DNA of 64,000 bases, from positions 747,673 to 811,672 of the forward strand of contig MU004188.1 in NCBI GenBank assembly GCA_010093605.1, given 5' to 3'. The notes below the pieces were generated by a model. The model worked only from the letters and a program-made list of their open reading frames with translations, searched no databases and was not told the origin of the DNA. Positions 48,496 to 61,835 of this stretch are shown in pieces. The stretch is from Lophium mytilinum. Taxonomy: Eukaryota. How positions within the stretch are numbered: the first letter of the stretch is position 1; every line of letters begins with the position of its first letter. The position numbers and the translations under genes were made by a program.

Positions 48496-50160
48496 ATGAA
48501 GCACATTGTCGCCAAAGAGGTCGGGAGTCTGCTCTCGCGGTGTACGGCGCCTACCCGCGTCTCGTATGCGTCCCGGCATTTCAAGAGCTCCGCAATCCCT
48601 CGACAGCAACCCCGACGGCAGTTCCACAGCACGCCGGCCCTGGACGTAGTGAAGCCGTACTTACTCGCGGATATTGGAGAGGGTATGCTATTACCTTATG
48701 AAGAGAAGTTAGAGCCATTGGCTGACCCCCTGCGTAGGTATCACGGAATGCCAGGTAATACAGTGGTTTGTGCAGCCAGGCGCACGCGTGGAGCAGTTCG
48801 ACCCGATTTGCGAGGTGCAGTCTGACAAAGCGTCGGTCGAGGTAGGCTATATGCTATACATGCCGTGGGATGTACTAAGAGGCTTGTAGATCACGTCGCG
48901 ATTTGATGGGGTTATAAAGAAACTGTACTATGAGCAGGATGACATGGCTAAGGTCGGCAAGGTATGAAGATATATGCATGTTGCACTACAGTTTCTGACT
49001 TCTCGAAGCCACTGGTAGACATCGACATCCAAAGCGACATATCCCCCGAGGACGAAGCCCTTCTCAACGACAACGACTCGAAAGTTCCTCCGTTGAGGCC
49101 AACACCTACAGGGGGGGAAGAGGCAGGACTCGAAGTGGATAGACTTGATACAAAGGGAGCAGCCGGAGACGCACCACCACCGCCGCCTCCTCAAACTCTT
49201 CCGCCGAAGCCAGAGACAACATCCACACCCTCGGAACCGAAAGCACCACGGACGCTGGGAAAGCATGCTAGCCTAGCAACACCTGCCGTGCGACATCTGA
49301 CGAAAGAGCTGAACATACAAATTGAAGACATAGAAGGAACAGGCAAAGAGGGTCGGGTTACCAAGGAAGACGTGCAGAAGTATGCTGCCGCCCAGAAAGA
49401 GACACCTACAACTACCAAATCGTCGACTCCAGCTGCGCCCGAACCCCAGGCCGAGGACCAGGTTCGACCACTCACACCGATCCAGAAAGGCATGTTCAAG
49501 CAAATGACGCGCTCGCTCTCGATTCCGCACTTCCTCTACACCGACAACGTAGACTTCACTAGCCTGAGCTCTCTCCGCAAGCGCCTCAATGCTTCGAAAG
49601 AGAAGTCACAGAAGCTCTCCGCTCTCCCGTTTGTCGTAAAAGCTGTATCTTTGGCGCTTTCGAAACACCCGCTTCTCAATTCGCATCTCGACACCTCCAA
49701 CGCCGAGAAGCCTCAGATGGTCGTGAAAGCGCAGCACAATATTGGCATTGCAATTGACTCGCCAAGCGGTCTCCTGGTTCCGGTTGTAAAGAATGTACAG
49801 TCGCTCTCGATTGAGGCTATATCCGCGGAAATTGGACGGTTGGGTGCTCTCGCTCGTTCTGGGAAGCTCACCAATGCAGACTTGAGCGGAGCGTCCTTCA
49901 CCCTGAGCAACATCGGGAGTATTGGTGGAACGGCAGTAGCACCGGTAATTGTCAGCCCTCAAGTCGCGATCCTCGGTGTTGGTAGGGCGAGAGTCGTGCC
50001 AGCTTTCGGAAAGGACGGAGAGCTGGTCAAGAAGGAGGAAGCTGTCTTCAGCTGGAGCGCGGATCACAGAGTCGTGGATGGTGCAGCGGCAGCTCGCTGC
50101 GCCGAGGATGTCAGGTCATATTTGGAGAATGTTGAGAGCATGTTGGTGCAGATGAAGTGA
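48496..50160 (+). CDS. Branched-chain alpha-keto acid dehydrogenase E2 (dihydrolipoamide branched-chain transacylase), mitochondrial
   Basis: Arg-rich presequence. Lipoyl domain [18 protein letters not shown]3-binding [21 protein letters not shown]. Catalytic [10 protein letters not shown]. Confidence 0.95.
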
Positions 50161-50524
50161 GCACTTAATGGGAGCCGGCGTTTTTGTCAGAATAGGCATT
50201 TAGGAGCTAGATATCTGAAATTATGTAGTATCAATCTAAGATTGGTTGGAGCTAGAGACCGAACTGTGGTGTAAAATATGTGCAATGTGATAGAAGATTT
50301 TGAACCTTTATCAGAGGCTAAAGTAGCTTTCATAAACGTAAAGTGCTCCACCAACAGATACACAGCTAGTTCCTCATCACTGAAACCATATGATGCACTT
50401 AGTAGCAGTTTGGGGCACCATGCTGTCATAGGGCTGAACCTCGAAGCTCAGACCAACCACAACTTCAACCTCCAGGCTCCCACATCCCGCACCTCCGAAC
50501 ATCCTCACCAAACCAACCTCCACA

Positions 50525-51205
50525 ATGACCTCCTTCGCATCCTCCAACACGACTCTCGCGCCCTCAGTAGCCCCTTCAACCTCCTCCTCCACAACGCCCT
50601 CGCCCACCGACCCAACCGCCTTCGCCTACCCCGCGCTCTACAACTACCCCCCCTTCTTCACCCTCCAACCCATCCTCCCAACCCGCCACTCCCAACTCCT
50701 CTCCTGGTCCCTCCTCATCCAAGCCTACACCCGCCACCACGCCCTCTTCAGCCTCTCCCTCATCGACGCCCTCTCCACCCCCCTCTTCCACAACCGCCCC
50801 CTCCACCGCCGCCTCTCCCTGCGCGACGCCCGCGCCGTCATCGACTACATGTGCTCCAAAGACGGCGACATGCGCGCCGAGTGGATCACGACCCCCTCCA
50901 CTGCCTCCAACGTGCTGAAGAAGAGCAACCCGAGCGGGGGCGACGAGGAGGGCGGCGGGCGCTTCTGGGTGTTTTGGCGCAAGCCCGACGAGTGGGCGAA
51001 CCTGATCGAGAGCTGGGTGGACAGCACGGGGCAGAAGGGCGTCGTGCTGACGCTGTACGAGCTCGCCGAGGGGGATGCGACGCGCGGGCAGGAGTTCCAC
51101 GGCATGGAGGCCGAGCTGCTGAGCCGGTGTCTGGGGGTTAGCGTGAAGCGGGGGCGGGCGCAGGTGTTTGGGGCGGAGGGGGGCGAGGGCGTCAAGTTCT
51201 TCTGA
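50525..51205 (+). CDS. VPS25: ESCRT-II subunit Vps25
   Basis: YPALYNYPPFFTLQP, LFHNRPLHRRL, VFWRKPDEWA, VLTLYEL and C-terminal GVKFF. Confidence 0.95.
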   Translation: MTSFASSNTTLAPSVAPSTSSSTTPSPTDPTAFAYPALYNYPPFFTLQPILPTRHSQLLSWSLLIQAYTRHHALFSLSLIDALSTPLFHNRPLHRRLSLRDARAVIDYMCSKDGDMRAEWITTPSTASNVLKKSNPSGGDEEGGGRFWVFWRKPDEWANLIESWVDSTGQKGVVLTLYELAEGDATRGQEFHGMEAELLSRCLGVSVKRGRAQVFGAEGGEGVKFF

Positions 51206-51686
51206 TTGTAGATGATTACAAGGGGGGAAACGCATTGGTGGATAATCTAAAGTGGATCTTGCGGATCTAATCTGGGGGGAGTCGTTGGGCTTTTGGGAGA
51301 GTTTGGGCAGCGATGCTGCGAGTAAGCTTGGTTTGGAGATAGATGTGCACCAGGTATGTGCTTGATTGGATGTGGTCATTTCTCTGTTTCTCATTCGGGG
51401 GATGCTAAATTAATGACAGGACTCGAGCAACGCTTGTAATCATACAAGATATCAGCCTGAACGCAAACTGGTATCGAGATAGAATCTACACTCGCCGTAA
51501 CCGCGACAGCAGCGGGATATGCCGTACCCATGACAAGAAATGCAAAACAGTAAAGTTAAGAGGAAAGGCCTGCCGTATGGGGAATCCGTAGAAAAGCACC
51601 CAATTACCAAGGAACACAGCCGGAGACATTGCTCAAGTCCTAAACGCTTCAACGACCGACCCCTGGAAAAACCTCCCGGTCCTCGC

Positions 51687-54459
51687 CTAAGCCGACTTGA
51701 GATTCTCCTCGTTCAAGGCCCACTCCTCCTTATAGTGGATATACTGCGCCATAGCAACAAATAGTAGCCATTCTGTCTTGACGATCCGGGGTGTCATGCT
51801 GTGCTCAGCTGCCAGCTCCCTGAACTTCTTCCACATTGGGACCTCGGATTTCTTGCCTTCGGATATCAGGTACAGCGTGTTGCCGTCATCCTCCGTCAGA
51901 TTCTGGCTCATGTCCTGGGTCTCGGGTGCGTCGACAGTGCGATGGGTAGGCCTAACCGACTTCCGGCCTTCCCATTTCAAGCACACACCCCCATTCGCCT
52001 CGACGATCTCCTTCATTGTATCGAACCCTCCAGAAACCGCGGTGGTACAGAATATGGTCCAGTTTTTCAATAGCCGCCCCTTGTTCTCATGAGCACGCAC
52101 TAATGACTCGTCCATACTAAAACCATGCAGCGCCTCGAACTCCGGATTCAGTAAGGGGTGGTCCTCTACCGGTGGGAGTTCATGGTGTTCGAGTGCGTAG
52201 TCCAGGAACGATGTGTGCACTACGGTGGGCGCTACGGCCAGAGCGGTCACGAACTTTTTGGTCCGAACAATTACTGGAGCACATAGCATGTTGGCGGTGC
52301 TTGGTTTCTCCGTAATCGCGATACCAAGCTCGCGGAGCTTAGTCTAGAGTAACAATTAGTCAAAGTATAATAGTTTGGGCGCCCAAGTAACTGACCTTGT
52401 CATCTGACTCTTTCTTCCCTTGGTGGGCCCATCGATCATATTTCGACACGACCATGCGATACTGAATTGGTGGCTTTTTGTCTTTCTCTTTCCTAGCTTT
52501 CTTCGCTTTCTTGGGTGCCTCTACTGGCTCGTCTTCTGTTGATGGTCCGTCAATACTCATCTCATCAAATGAACGTTTGCTGCCTGTAGATTCACGAGAA
52601 CCTTTCTTGGCTTTCTCTGCCGCATCTCCAGCGGTCTTATCTCTCCTGCCTCCATGGAGAACACCTCCAGCTCGCTTCATTTCCTTCTGGAATAGAGCAA
52701 TATCGGTGGCTGATTCAGCTATTTTCGACATAGCCCTCGACTTCGCGCCGCGGCTACCAGATGTGCCAGGCGTTTCGTTTTCCTTTTCACTACTATGACG
52801 CCCTATTGCTGGCGTGGTAAAGTTTGACTCGCTCTGAATGCGCCCCTTGGTCCTAGCAGCGAGAGGCGTAGCAACCTGCTCAGTGCCTTCGCCGTCTGTT
52901 GCTCGTCTGCCCCTCTTGGTAACTTTCTTGATCCTTGAAACTGCAGTATCAGGTGAAGGGTAGTAATGCATCTCAACTGCTTGCCTGTCAATCTGGGTTT
53001 GGCCGAGGATTTCGCCCAAATTTGTTCTCCGCGGGAAATAAGTGTACTTTGGGTCTGTAACAGCCATCATCTCACACCTGGCATAGCTGTCCTCAAGCCA
53101 GAGATGATTAATGACGTCTATGTTCCACTCTTTGGCCGCTTCACATTTCTGCCCTCCTTCGTGAGCTGTGATAAGCTGCGTATTCTCCTGCCGAAACGTC
53201 TTGGTGAACTTTGCTCCCGTGGCCTTGATCAGATTTTCCAGGTAAACACGCGCGTCGCCGGCGTAATTCGATAGACTGATGGTTTGATCCTCGAATCCCG
53301 GGATCCCATCCTTGGGTATCGGGTAATGAAGTAGTCGCCGCATCGGAGAAGTCCAGGTATTGTACGTGATGAGATGAAACAGCCAGCTTAGGTTCCCGAC
53401 ATCCTTTTTGGCCTGTGACGCTTTGATATAGTCTGTACCGTTGCGGTATTGACACACATAGCTATCCGCTTCGTCGATATCGGAGGTCATCTGGCCACCT
53501 CCATTGCTGATCAACTCTTCGATCGTTGTCCTCATACGTGATTCGAGCTGTAGGTCGTCCGACAACATAATCCTCTTGCCGCTGAACGCAGGTATAGATC
53601 GTGCTCGTTTGGCACTCGGCGAACTGACGGGGGTAGGTATGTCCGTCGGAGCAGGTGTTGTAGCGTCTCGGATATGTTGGCTGGGTGCGTGGTTGGCAAT
53701 GGGACCGAGGTCTGCAGAGTTCTTCAGAATGTCGGGATCAGGCAAGGTGTAGGGACCTGTGGGAAGCATCCGTCCAAGTCTGAAGCAATCGTCGATCCTA
53801 GCCTATAAGTTAACAATTGTCCCAATTTCGTGGAAACTTAATAGGAGAATACATACCAGTGAGGCAGGACCTTCTTGCACTTCAGATTCTTATTATCAGC
53901 GAGTTGACACCTCGGGTCATCCATGTTCAACGCGATCAGGTGCGTGACCGATTTCAGGAGTACAGGAGAATCCTGTCCTCCCACTGCTATCACCAGACCA
54001 ATCATATTGTCCCGGTCCCCATCCGGGAGATCGCTGCCGACACATATAGTCACACTGCTCATAAACAGGGCTGGATCTGGGTTGAAAGACCGGGGGTTGG
54101 CAGGCTTGTTCCTGTGGATGCTTTGAGGTATCCAGTTCGGTTTGACGACGTGGGGCGTGAACTGGTCGCGAGTAGCCTCAAAGTCTGGGAAGTCCGAAGT
54201 GCTGGAGATGATGTGGGTGAGTTCGGCGAGGTCCTCGATGCGACCTTTATCTGGGTCGAATTCCTGAATACGCCCCCCATTCTTAAGAATGTCTTCTTTT
54301 ATCTGGTAGTAGGTCAGTACATGGGTGAAAAACGCGCGTGAAGACAGCACTCGGACTGACCTGCTCCTCTTGCTGAGCATTGCCATTGGGTATGACAACA
54401 AACACCAGGTCCTCAAATACAGGCCGGTTCTCGTCCTCCAACATAGTAGTGTCCTCCAT
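51687..54459 (-). CDS. RTT107: Multi-BRCT scaffold Rtt107/Brc1 (multi-exon)
   Basis: Tandem BRCT motifs (VVKPNWI, VTHLIA..VLPHW, RRLLHYP..ISLSNYAGDARVYLENLI, INHLWLEDSY, RTKKFVTALA). ATG at 54459. Confidence 0.9.
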
Positions 54460-54511
54460 GGTGGATGTGTAGTGGGGAAATAAACTGCGGTGTTGACAAT
54501 GTGGGCTGTCT

Positions 54512-54537
54512 GTCGCGTTCCGAAAGTTGAACGCGAC
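54512..54537. promoter_or_regulatory. Inverted pair of MCB-like boxes upstream of RTT107
   Basis: GTCGCGTTC-8 nt-GAACGCGAC is a perfect 9-bp inverted repeat containing two ACGCGA cores, ~55-75 bp before the ATG. Confidence 0.5.
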
Positions 54538-55002
54538 TTCCGTTTAAGAAGCACGAGCCACATCACGCGCCACATTCACCGCCACTGCGGAGAACCTCCC
54601 GTCATTCCTTATGCGGGCATGTGTGCGATACATCCACAAACCTCTAGTTGCATTGAATCTCGCACATGCAGACCTCCAAGTGAAGCTCACGTGCTATCTC
54701 TCCCGTGCTTACTAGGATCATTACTCGAAATAATGAGTCTATCACCTCCCCTCTTCACCTCTTTCCGAATGACCACGTACTCATATAGCCTCGGCTCTTG
54801 AGTCTTCGGCAGGTGTTCCAGGCAAGCAGTCTTCACAGCTGCTTCACACTACTCATCAAAGCAAATAACGGATTTGTGTCTCCTGCCCAAGAGCTTACAC
54901 CGTCTGCTTCTTTGGCACACAGCCTCCAATACTTTCAAAAAGAAACTCGGTTCAGGACATCTACTGGTAGTCGTTTGTAGATCCCTATATCGGTCTTTCG
55001 CC

Positions 55003-56434
55003 ATGTCAACGTCTCTCTTCCGAATCGATGAGCACATACTGCCTGGTCAGCACATACGGGGCTATGCGCGCGCAACAGTACATGAGCAAGAAGAAGTCCT
55101 TCATATAGCCATTAAGCAATATACCCCGCTGGACAATCCACATCCCAAGCCAGGAGACATCACAATAATCGGAGCACATGCGAATGGCTTCCCTAAAGTA
55201 ATCATGCTTTGCCAACTTGGCAAATTCTTATTGACGTTCAATAGGAGCTGTACGAGCCATTGTGGGATGACTTTCTCCGACGGTCAAAGCAATATGGATT
55301 CTCCATCCGTGGCATATGGATAGCAGATGTTGCCCAGCAGAACGCCAGTGGAGTACTCAATGAGGGCAAACTTGGCGATGACCGTATGCATTCATCAATT
55401 CTTCAGTTGACGTCGTACCTAACAAGACGACAGCATCGTGGTTCGACCATCCGAGAGACCTCCTCGGCATGATCAACCATTTCCGAGCTCAAATGCCTCG
55501 ACCCATAATAGGTCTTGGCCATAGCATGGGTGGAAATAATCTTGTCAACCTCAGCCTCATTCATCCCCGCCTCTTCGAGACTCTGATCCTAGTTGATCCA
55601 GTCATACAACATGTGAGCTCTAAGAAGGGCAATTACGCCCCAGCCCAGGCATCTTCCAGGCGGAGAGATTTTTGGCCATCACGTGCGGCCGCCGAGACAT
55701 CCTTCAAGAAGAGCAAATTCTATCAGACATGGGATCCACGAGTTCTCGATCGTTTCATCGAACACGGTCTGCGCGAACTGCCTACCCAGCTATATCCCAC
55801 TTCTACTTCAACACCTACTATTCCGTATCCTGCAACGTCTACCACGGAGCCGACTTTGACCCCGACCCCACCACAGCCCAGGCCGGTCACTCTTACCACT
55901 ACGAAACACCAGGAGGTCTTCACATTCCTACGTCCAAATTATTCGCCATCGACATCCGACCGGCGAACTCACCCCGACCTTGATCCGAGTGATGACCCAC
56001 AGACACCGTTCTATCGGCCGGAACCAATCATGACATTCCACCAACTGCCGCATCTGCGGCCTTCCGTTCTCTACATTTTCGGCTCACTCTCTGATCTTTC
56101 AACGCCTGAGTTTCGTGCCAACAAACTCTCGGTTACGGGAACTGGTATCGGAGGCAGTGGAGGAGTGAAGGAAGGGCGGGTCAAAGAGGTTGTATTTGAG
56201 AAGACAGGTCATTTGATTCCAATGGAAAAGCCCGGAGAGACAGCGGAAAGTGTTGCTCAATGGGTAGCAGCCGAGATGGATCGGTGGCGAGCGGCAGAGA
56301 AACTGGCCGAACAAGACTGGGAAGGTCGAAAGGGAGTAGAGAGAGTGCAACTGAACGCGACGTATCTAGAGAAGCTAGGGGGCATTCAGACCGGTTTAGA
56401 GCGGAAGAGCAGAACCCCCGCAGAGAAGCTATGA
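55003..56434 (+). CDS. Alpha/beta hydrolase (AflJ/Lpx1-like 'toxin biosynthesis' family), two introns
   Basis: HANGFPK|ELYEPLWDD, IWIADVA, nucleophile elbow GHSMGG, GHLIPME. C-terminus EKL is weakly PTS1-like. Confidence 0.9.
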
Positions 56435-57373
56435 CAGGAGCTTCAGGCAAACAGGTAGGGTGATGCTTGGTCATGATCTAAATGCGCGAGCCTACTGTCG
56501 TGGTTTCAATCTACAGGTATAATTTTTGCTTGGAAGCCGTGGACCTAAACACCTGTTTGGAGCTAAGAAACCAGAGGGCTCTGAACTCGGGGTCCATCAG
56601 GTCTTCTTTAGTACGTGAAATAGATGAAAAACTCTCCTCTCTTAAATGTGCTGAAGATACTCCTACTCATATGCCCGCGAACCCAGTGTGTCAATTCAAC
56701 GCCTACGGTTCAGGTCACTCCTTCAAGTAGGTCGCTCCTTCAAGATTACTATTTCAACTTCCAGATTAGTTGATTCGTTCGAGAAGTTGCCAAGACTACC
56801 ATTCCGTTCACTTTGCTGTGCTCTCTGTCAGATGAGTATATCGAGTTGCACATTCCATGTATGGGCACTTGGTAAAGACGAGAGTATTTAGTATGCTGTA
56901 TTTGCGATTTTCCTTATAACGTAACCCGAATCACCTTCTGCCTACAATCGCACGTAGAAGAGGAAGCCCTACTCAACACTATCCTTTTATTCTCTAGTGG
57001 GCGGTTTATGCTCGTCCCTAGTATAAAAGCTTATCCGCTCCATGCGTTGCTAAGTTTGAGGTACTGATCGCTGCGAACAAGGGTGCCTCTTACAGTAGTA
57101 TGCAGGTTCTAAGGGTAAGGGTGACGAAGTGGTAAACACCATCGACGCAATAATGGCGACGCCCTACAAAGCTAGAGGCTCTTCCAAACGCTTCGCGCCA
57201 ATAGTGCGTGAGAAAGAGAGAGGACACAGCGGGAACCTCACCCCGCGATACGTACGCCATCTATTCATATTTGAAAGAAGGGTTCAATAAAATGCAAGGA
57301 AGCTTGCGCACCATAAAGGTCGTTCAAAGGCAGTAAGTGAATCAAGGTCACGTGTCCAAAAAGATAGATTATC

Positions 57374-57466
57374 AAAAAGGAGAAGTCCGCTCGGACTCGA
57401 ACCTGGACTCAGCGTCTTTAACTTTCCACCACCCGGGTAAGTTTGGGCCATCTGAGCCATAGTGGC
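57374..57466 (-). ncRNA. tRNA-like Pol III transcription unit or tRNA pseudogene (no canonical cloverleaf)
   Basis: Minus strand has A box TGGCTCAGATGG (57459-57448), B box GGTTCGAGTCC (57403-57393) and TTTTT (57378-57374). Acceptor and T stems do not pair canonically. Confidence 0.4.
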
Positions 57467-58099
57467 ATGATCCTTTTATAACAGCTCACCAAAGTTATTA
57501 AGTCTATAACCCTGAGTAATCGTTACGTTTTACTTTACAGCGTCTTTTCACTGACAAGTAGCCTCATCAAGGAAGTTTTCGCTGGCACTAAAGCCGAGAC
57601 GAAAGCACATTGAACGACGGCGAAAAGGTCGCCGAAATTACCCTAACACGCGAGCCAGCATGTAGAAATCACGTTACCATAGAGAGCAAGGATACGATGC
57701 GGCTGACGGAAATGCTCTACTTTTGCCGGCCTATAGGTTCAAGGGACCATACGCGCCTGTACTGTCCCTCTCTTCAGATACCTTCTTTCAGCTATTCCCG
57801 CCAGACTACTTCGCTAATCGTTTTTGTACATCGATATAGTCTTTGCTTTACTTGTTGTCGAAGGATTAAACCGGTCAGGCTCGGCACACTTTTGTCGAAT
57901 ACGCGCCATCAGTTCCCACGATGTGAATGCGTGTATCTGTGGTTCCGGCGCTCTGAATCACGGGACTAACAAACGTCCCACGGTTGGGCCCCAGCCACCA
58001 AATATTTCACCTCTCCGACAGATATTTTTCCCTCACTCTACACACTCAAACAACGTCGAACAACTCATACACAACTATCCAAACAACACCAGAAACACC

Positions 58100-59158
58100 A
58101 TGGCGGCCACCAAAGGTCAGATGCAGCTTCAGTACTCGCTTCCGATGCCCTGCAAGGTCGCAAAGACAGACGGCTTGCCTACGATGCAGCTAGGACAAGG
58201 AAAAGAACATGAAGGATTACAAGCCAGCTTTGCCTGCCTTGCCCTCGATTCTCCAAATGAGGCATTCGCAACGCAGCTCTTTCCGTCGCCACCAGACTCC
58301 CCTTTCAAGCTGCCTTCACTGCCAGCGAGCGCCACGAAATGGAAGTTCACCGGCCGCCGCAACACGTCTCGCCCATCGGTCGTCCGAAAACTCCAGTTCG
58401 ATACCAGTTTCGAAGACATTTCCGACGAAGACCTCTCAGACTTAGACTTAGACATGGACGAGAACGACGGCGAAGAATTTGAAGACTTCGACTTCGACGC
58501 ACCCTCTTCGAATCCCTTCGCCACCGAATCTGCTGAATCAAACAAACCCATCACTATCTCCGCATTCCACGACCCAGCTCTCGGCACCGACCCCGTCTTC
58601 TTGCTCGGCAAGCGCATCGTTAAAGCCTTTCACAACACTGACATCACGTGCATGGTCGTCCTGGACTGCCCACGTCACTGTACCACCCCGCAGGCCTATC
58701 TCGTCATCTTCGTGCGAAGAGAACACCTCGCGTACCTGGACGCTGAGGGCGACAGCCACTCGAACAACGCGAAGGACGAGCTGTCGTGGAGAGACCGCCC
58801 CGACGCTGACCACTCTATCCCCACGACGTTCCTGGCGGATCCTGCTATCCAAAGCGCGGACTTTAGCCCCTCGAGGTTGCGCAGGTTCAGGGACAGCGTG
58901 TACGGCCTTCCGCTCATTACAGAAGCTATTTCGGGGTACAGATTGTCGACTGAGATCACGGAGTCGGCGGACGGGGGCTTGAAGGTGCGCGATGTGCAGC
59001 ACCGCGTGGTCGGGTATAGGACGGATCGGATGGAGAAGATGGGATATATCTGGGCAGAGCGTGAGATGCCGCCGAATATGGCGGAGCTGGTGTACTTCGA
59101 TGTGGTTATGAGGGCGAGGCCGGTGAACTTGAAGCAAGAGTGGATGTACCAGATCTAG
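58100..59158 (+). CDS. Hypothetical protein (~352 aa) with acidic linker
   Basis: Long ORF with strong coding bias from ACCATGG at 58100. No recognised domain. Confidence 0.8.
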   Translation: MAATKGQMQLQYSLPMPCKVAKTDGLPTMQLGQGKEHEGLQASFACLALDSPNEAFATQLFPSPPDSPFKLPSLPASATKWKFTGRRNTSRPSVVRKLQFDTSFEDISDEDLSDLDLDMDENDGEEFEDFDFDAPSSNPFATESAESNKPITISAFHDPALGTDPVFLLGKRIVKAFHNTDITCMVVLDCPRHCTTPQAYLVIFVRREHLAYLDAEGDSHSNNAKDELSWRDRPDADHSIPTTFLADPAIQSADFSPSRLRRFRDSVYGLPLITEAISGYRLSTEITESADGGLKVRDVQHRVVGYRTDRMEKMGYIWAEREMPPNMAELVYFDVVMRARPVNLKQEWMYQI

Positions 59159-59775
59159 CGAGCGAGAGAGTGGAAGGGCAAAGGTGGCGTGGTGGATGTG
59201 ACATAACGGATCATGTTATTTCTTATGCTGTTGGCGGTTGTAGTAGCTTTGGCGGTAGTATGCTACATGATGTGGTCGAATTTGGGGCCTTTTGAGACTA
59301 GATACCCGGTACTATGAGTACTGTTAGGCGATAATATATCCTATCTTTTAAAAACGATCGCATCTACACGTCGAGTGTCTGTAAATCGTATTGGTTTTAC
59401 CTACCCTATTGCATGATATCATAATGTACCAAGACGGCAGTGATCATAGCGCAATTCTACAGCATAAGATGTCATGATCTCAAGCCTTCAAACCTGACGC
59501 TGTTCACGCAATACCATGAAGCGCATGCATATGTTGAGAGAGTGTGAACTGTGCTAATTCTATTTTCATTCTGCGCGAGTACATATAACATGAAGGCCGC
59601 TCTGAAAGTATCAAAACACCTTGAGTGAAGACGTCAAATCTGCAGCCTCTCAGATCTGGTGTACTTCACGCAACTAGCTCGTACAGCATGATGCCATCGT
59701 CTGAAGGGCTCTAGCATACCACGAAAGCGTGACCGGGATGTGTTATCCTCAAGCTTACAGATTAGGGTACATATC

Positions 59776-61835
59776 TTACAGTCCAGCCAACAGCTCCACC
59801 ACCGTCTGCTTCACCCCCGCAAACTCTACGTTCAGTCTTACACCAGCCGCTTTGCACTCAATCTCGACCTTCTTCTCTTGCTTCCATCCCCGGCCCAGTC
59901 TTATCGAGACTGGATATCCGATCAGATCGGCATCGCCCATCTTCCAGGCGAAGTTGAAGTCCTTAATAGGCCTATCATCCAATATCGTGTCGATGTCACC
60001 ACTCAACTCATCGTACAACTTCTCGGCATCTTCTTCAGCGCCTTTGGCGGGGATGATGACGCACTCAAACGGTGCGATGGCGCGTGGCCAGCCAAGCCCA
60101 GATTCGGTTGCTTTTCTGGAGGCGACTGCGGCTATGAGACGTGACATTCCGATACCGTGACATCCCATTTGTAACGCCACTAAGCCTTGCAATGGAACGT
60201 TTACGGTTGCCTCTAAGGGTTCGCTATAGCGGGTTCCAAGGTGGAAGGTATGGCCCACTTCGATAGCGCGCTGGACGTTGAGGGTCCCGTCTGAGCACCG
60301 AGGGCACGGGTCGTTGGGTTGGATGCGGGTGAGGTCGAGAGGTATGTCGGTTTTGGGATGGGAGGTGACGATGACTGTGCCATCCTCGCGTGGAATCAAC
60401 TCGGGGAGGAAGGAGAGCCTTCGGTCGATTATGTGAACCACTTTCCGGGTGTTGAAGAAAGAATCTTTCAAAGGCTCTTCGATGGTCGTATCCAGGTCCG
60501 GATATGCATCCGACACCGCGTGCAAATTGAGATGGTCTGGCCATTTTGCTGAAAGCTGTCCTCCGGTGGCAGAAGGAGGGGCTGGTATGTATACGGCAAC
60601 TGGGCAACCATCTTTGCCGATGCCACGCCAGGTTGTTATAGGAAGCCCGGGGTCAGATGAGTAATTGCCTCCTTTCTCGGCAAGCTCTTCATTCGCAACG
60701 TAGTCGCAAGCGTTACATGAGATGACATGGTCCTCCCCTAATGGAGAAACGTAGTGATACTCGTGGCTCAAAGTTCCTCCCATGGCACCTGAGTCTGCGT
60801 CCGCGACCAGATATGGAATCTTCAGCTCATTGAAGAATGCCGCATACGCTTTACGTACACTCTCATACGTTGTAAGAGCCATCTCGGTAGAGTAGTCAAA
60901 CGTGTAAAGGTCCTTCATGAGGAACTCCTTCGCCCGAAGTAGGCCTTGTCGCGGTCGTCGTTCATCGCGGTATTTTCGAGCTATCCGATGATAAGCCTTT
61001 GCGACGTAGGCAACACAACATGGGCCTTACATATTTGGTACACTCGGAGAGGGAGATCTTTGTACGACTTCACAATTGCAGCAGCTAGAGCTGTGATCTC
61101 TTCCTCGTGTGTTGGGGATAGAAGAAACCCGGATTCTTTCCGATCCTTCAATCGCAAAAGCTGGTAGTAGAGTCAGCAATGAAATTCTAGCATTTTTCAA
61201 GGCACAAGCGCCGTTACCTCTGAGTCTTCCGAATATCTTCCGCTTCGCCGCCAGAGATCCTCTGAGGTGATAGAAGACAGAGACACCTTCGAGGCTCCTA
61301 TGCACGTTAAAACCCAAGCGAAGAAAAGGCCAAGTTTAAGACGAACCAATGCTCCTCATGTGCTTGTCTACCAGCTTCTCAAGCTTCTCTTGGACTCGAA
61401 GACCAAGTGGTAGTAGATGGAAGATCCCTGAATGAGCCTGCAAAGCTGTCAATAGCGATCCACGGTTAAGCTAGGTCGAAGCCTACTTGGCGAAGGAATC
61501 CGGCACGTATCAACAATGAATTAGCTCCATCTATAAGCATATCAGCGATTGTATTGAGCCATATTGAAAACCGCAATTATTGAAGACTGACCATCTTCTG
61601 CGGTCTTGGCTGTTATGCCTCCCGTAGGAGCCCAGAAAGTTGACAATCGAGTCCGGCCATCCACCTATGAGTTGTTCAATGAGAAAATAAGAGTTACGGT
61701 GACTTAGACATTGATATAACTTACGTGAAGAGATCTGTGCGTTCCGAAACGGTTGATGTTGATGTTGGGTCTTCTCACGGGGGTTTGACGACGTGATAAT
61801 GGGCATAAAAATCCAGGGAATAAACGAACAGACAT
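59776..61835 (-). CDS. Mitochondrial prolyl-tRNA synthetase (multi-exon; AIM10-like)
   Basis: Presequence [17 protein letters not shown]. Motifs [52 protein letters not shown] and [11 protein letters not shown]. Confidence 0.95.

Noticed and set aside
44216..51205. VPS26 and VPS25 as a functional trafficking cluster
   Set aside because: They belong to different complexes and are separated by unrelated metabolic genes; proximity is most likely coincidental synteny.
57824..58099. N-terminal extensions of ORF-track calls from TTG starts (also 11549-11824 and 62109-62153)
   Set aside because: These are non-ATG starts through UTR-like sequence; downstream ATGs in good context fit better.
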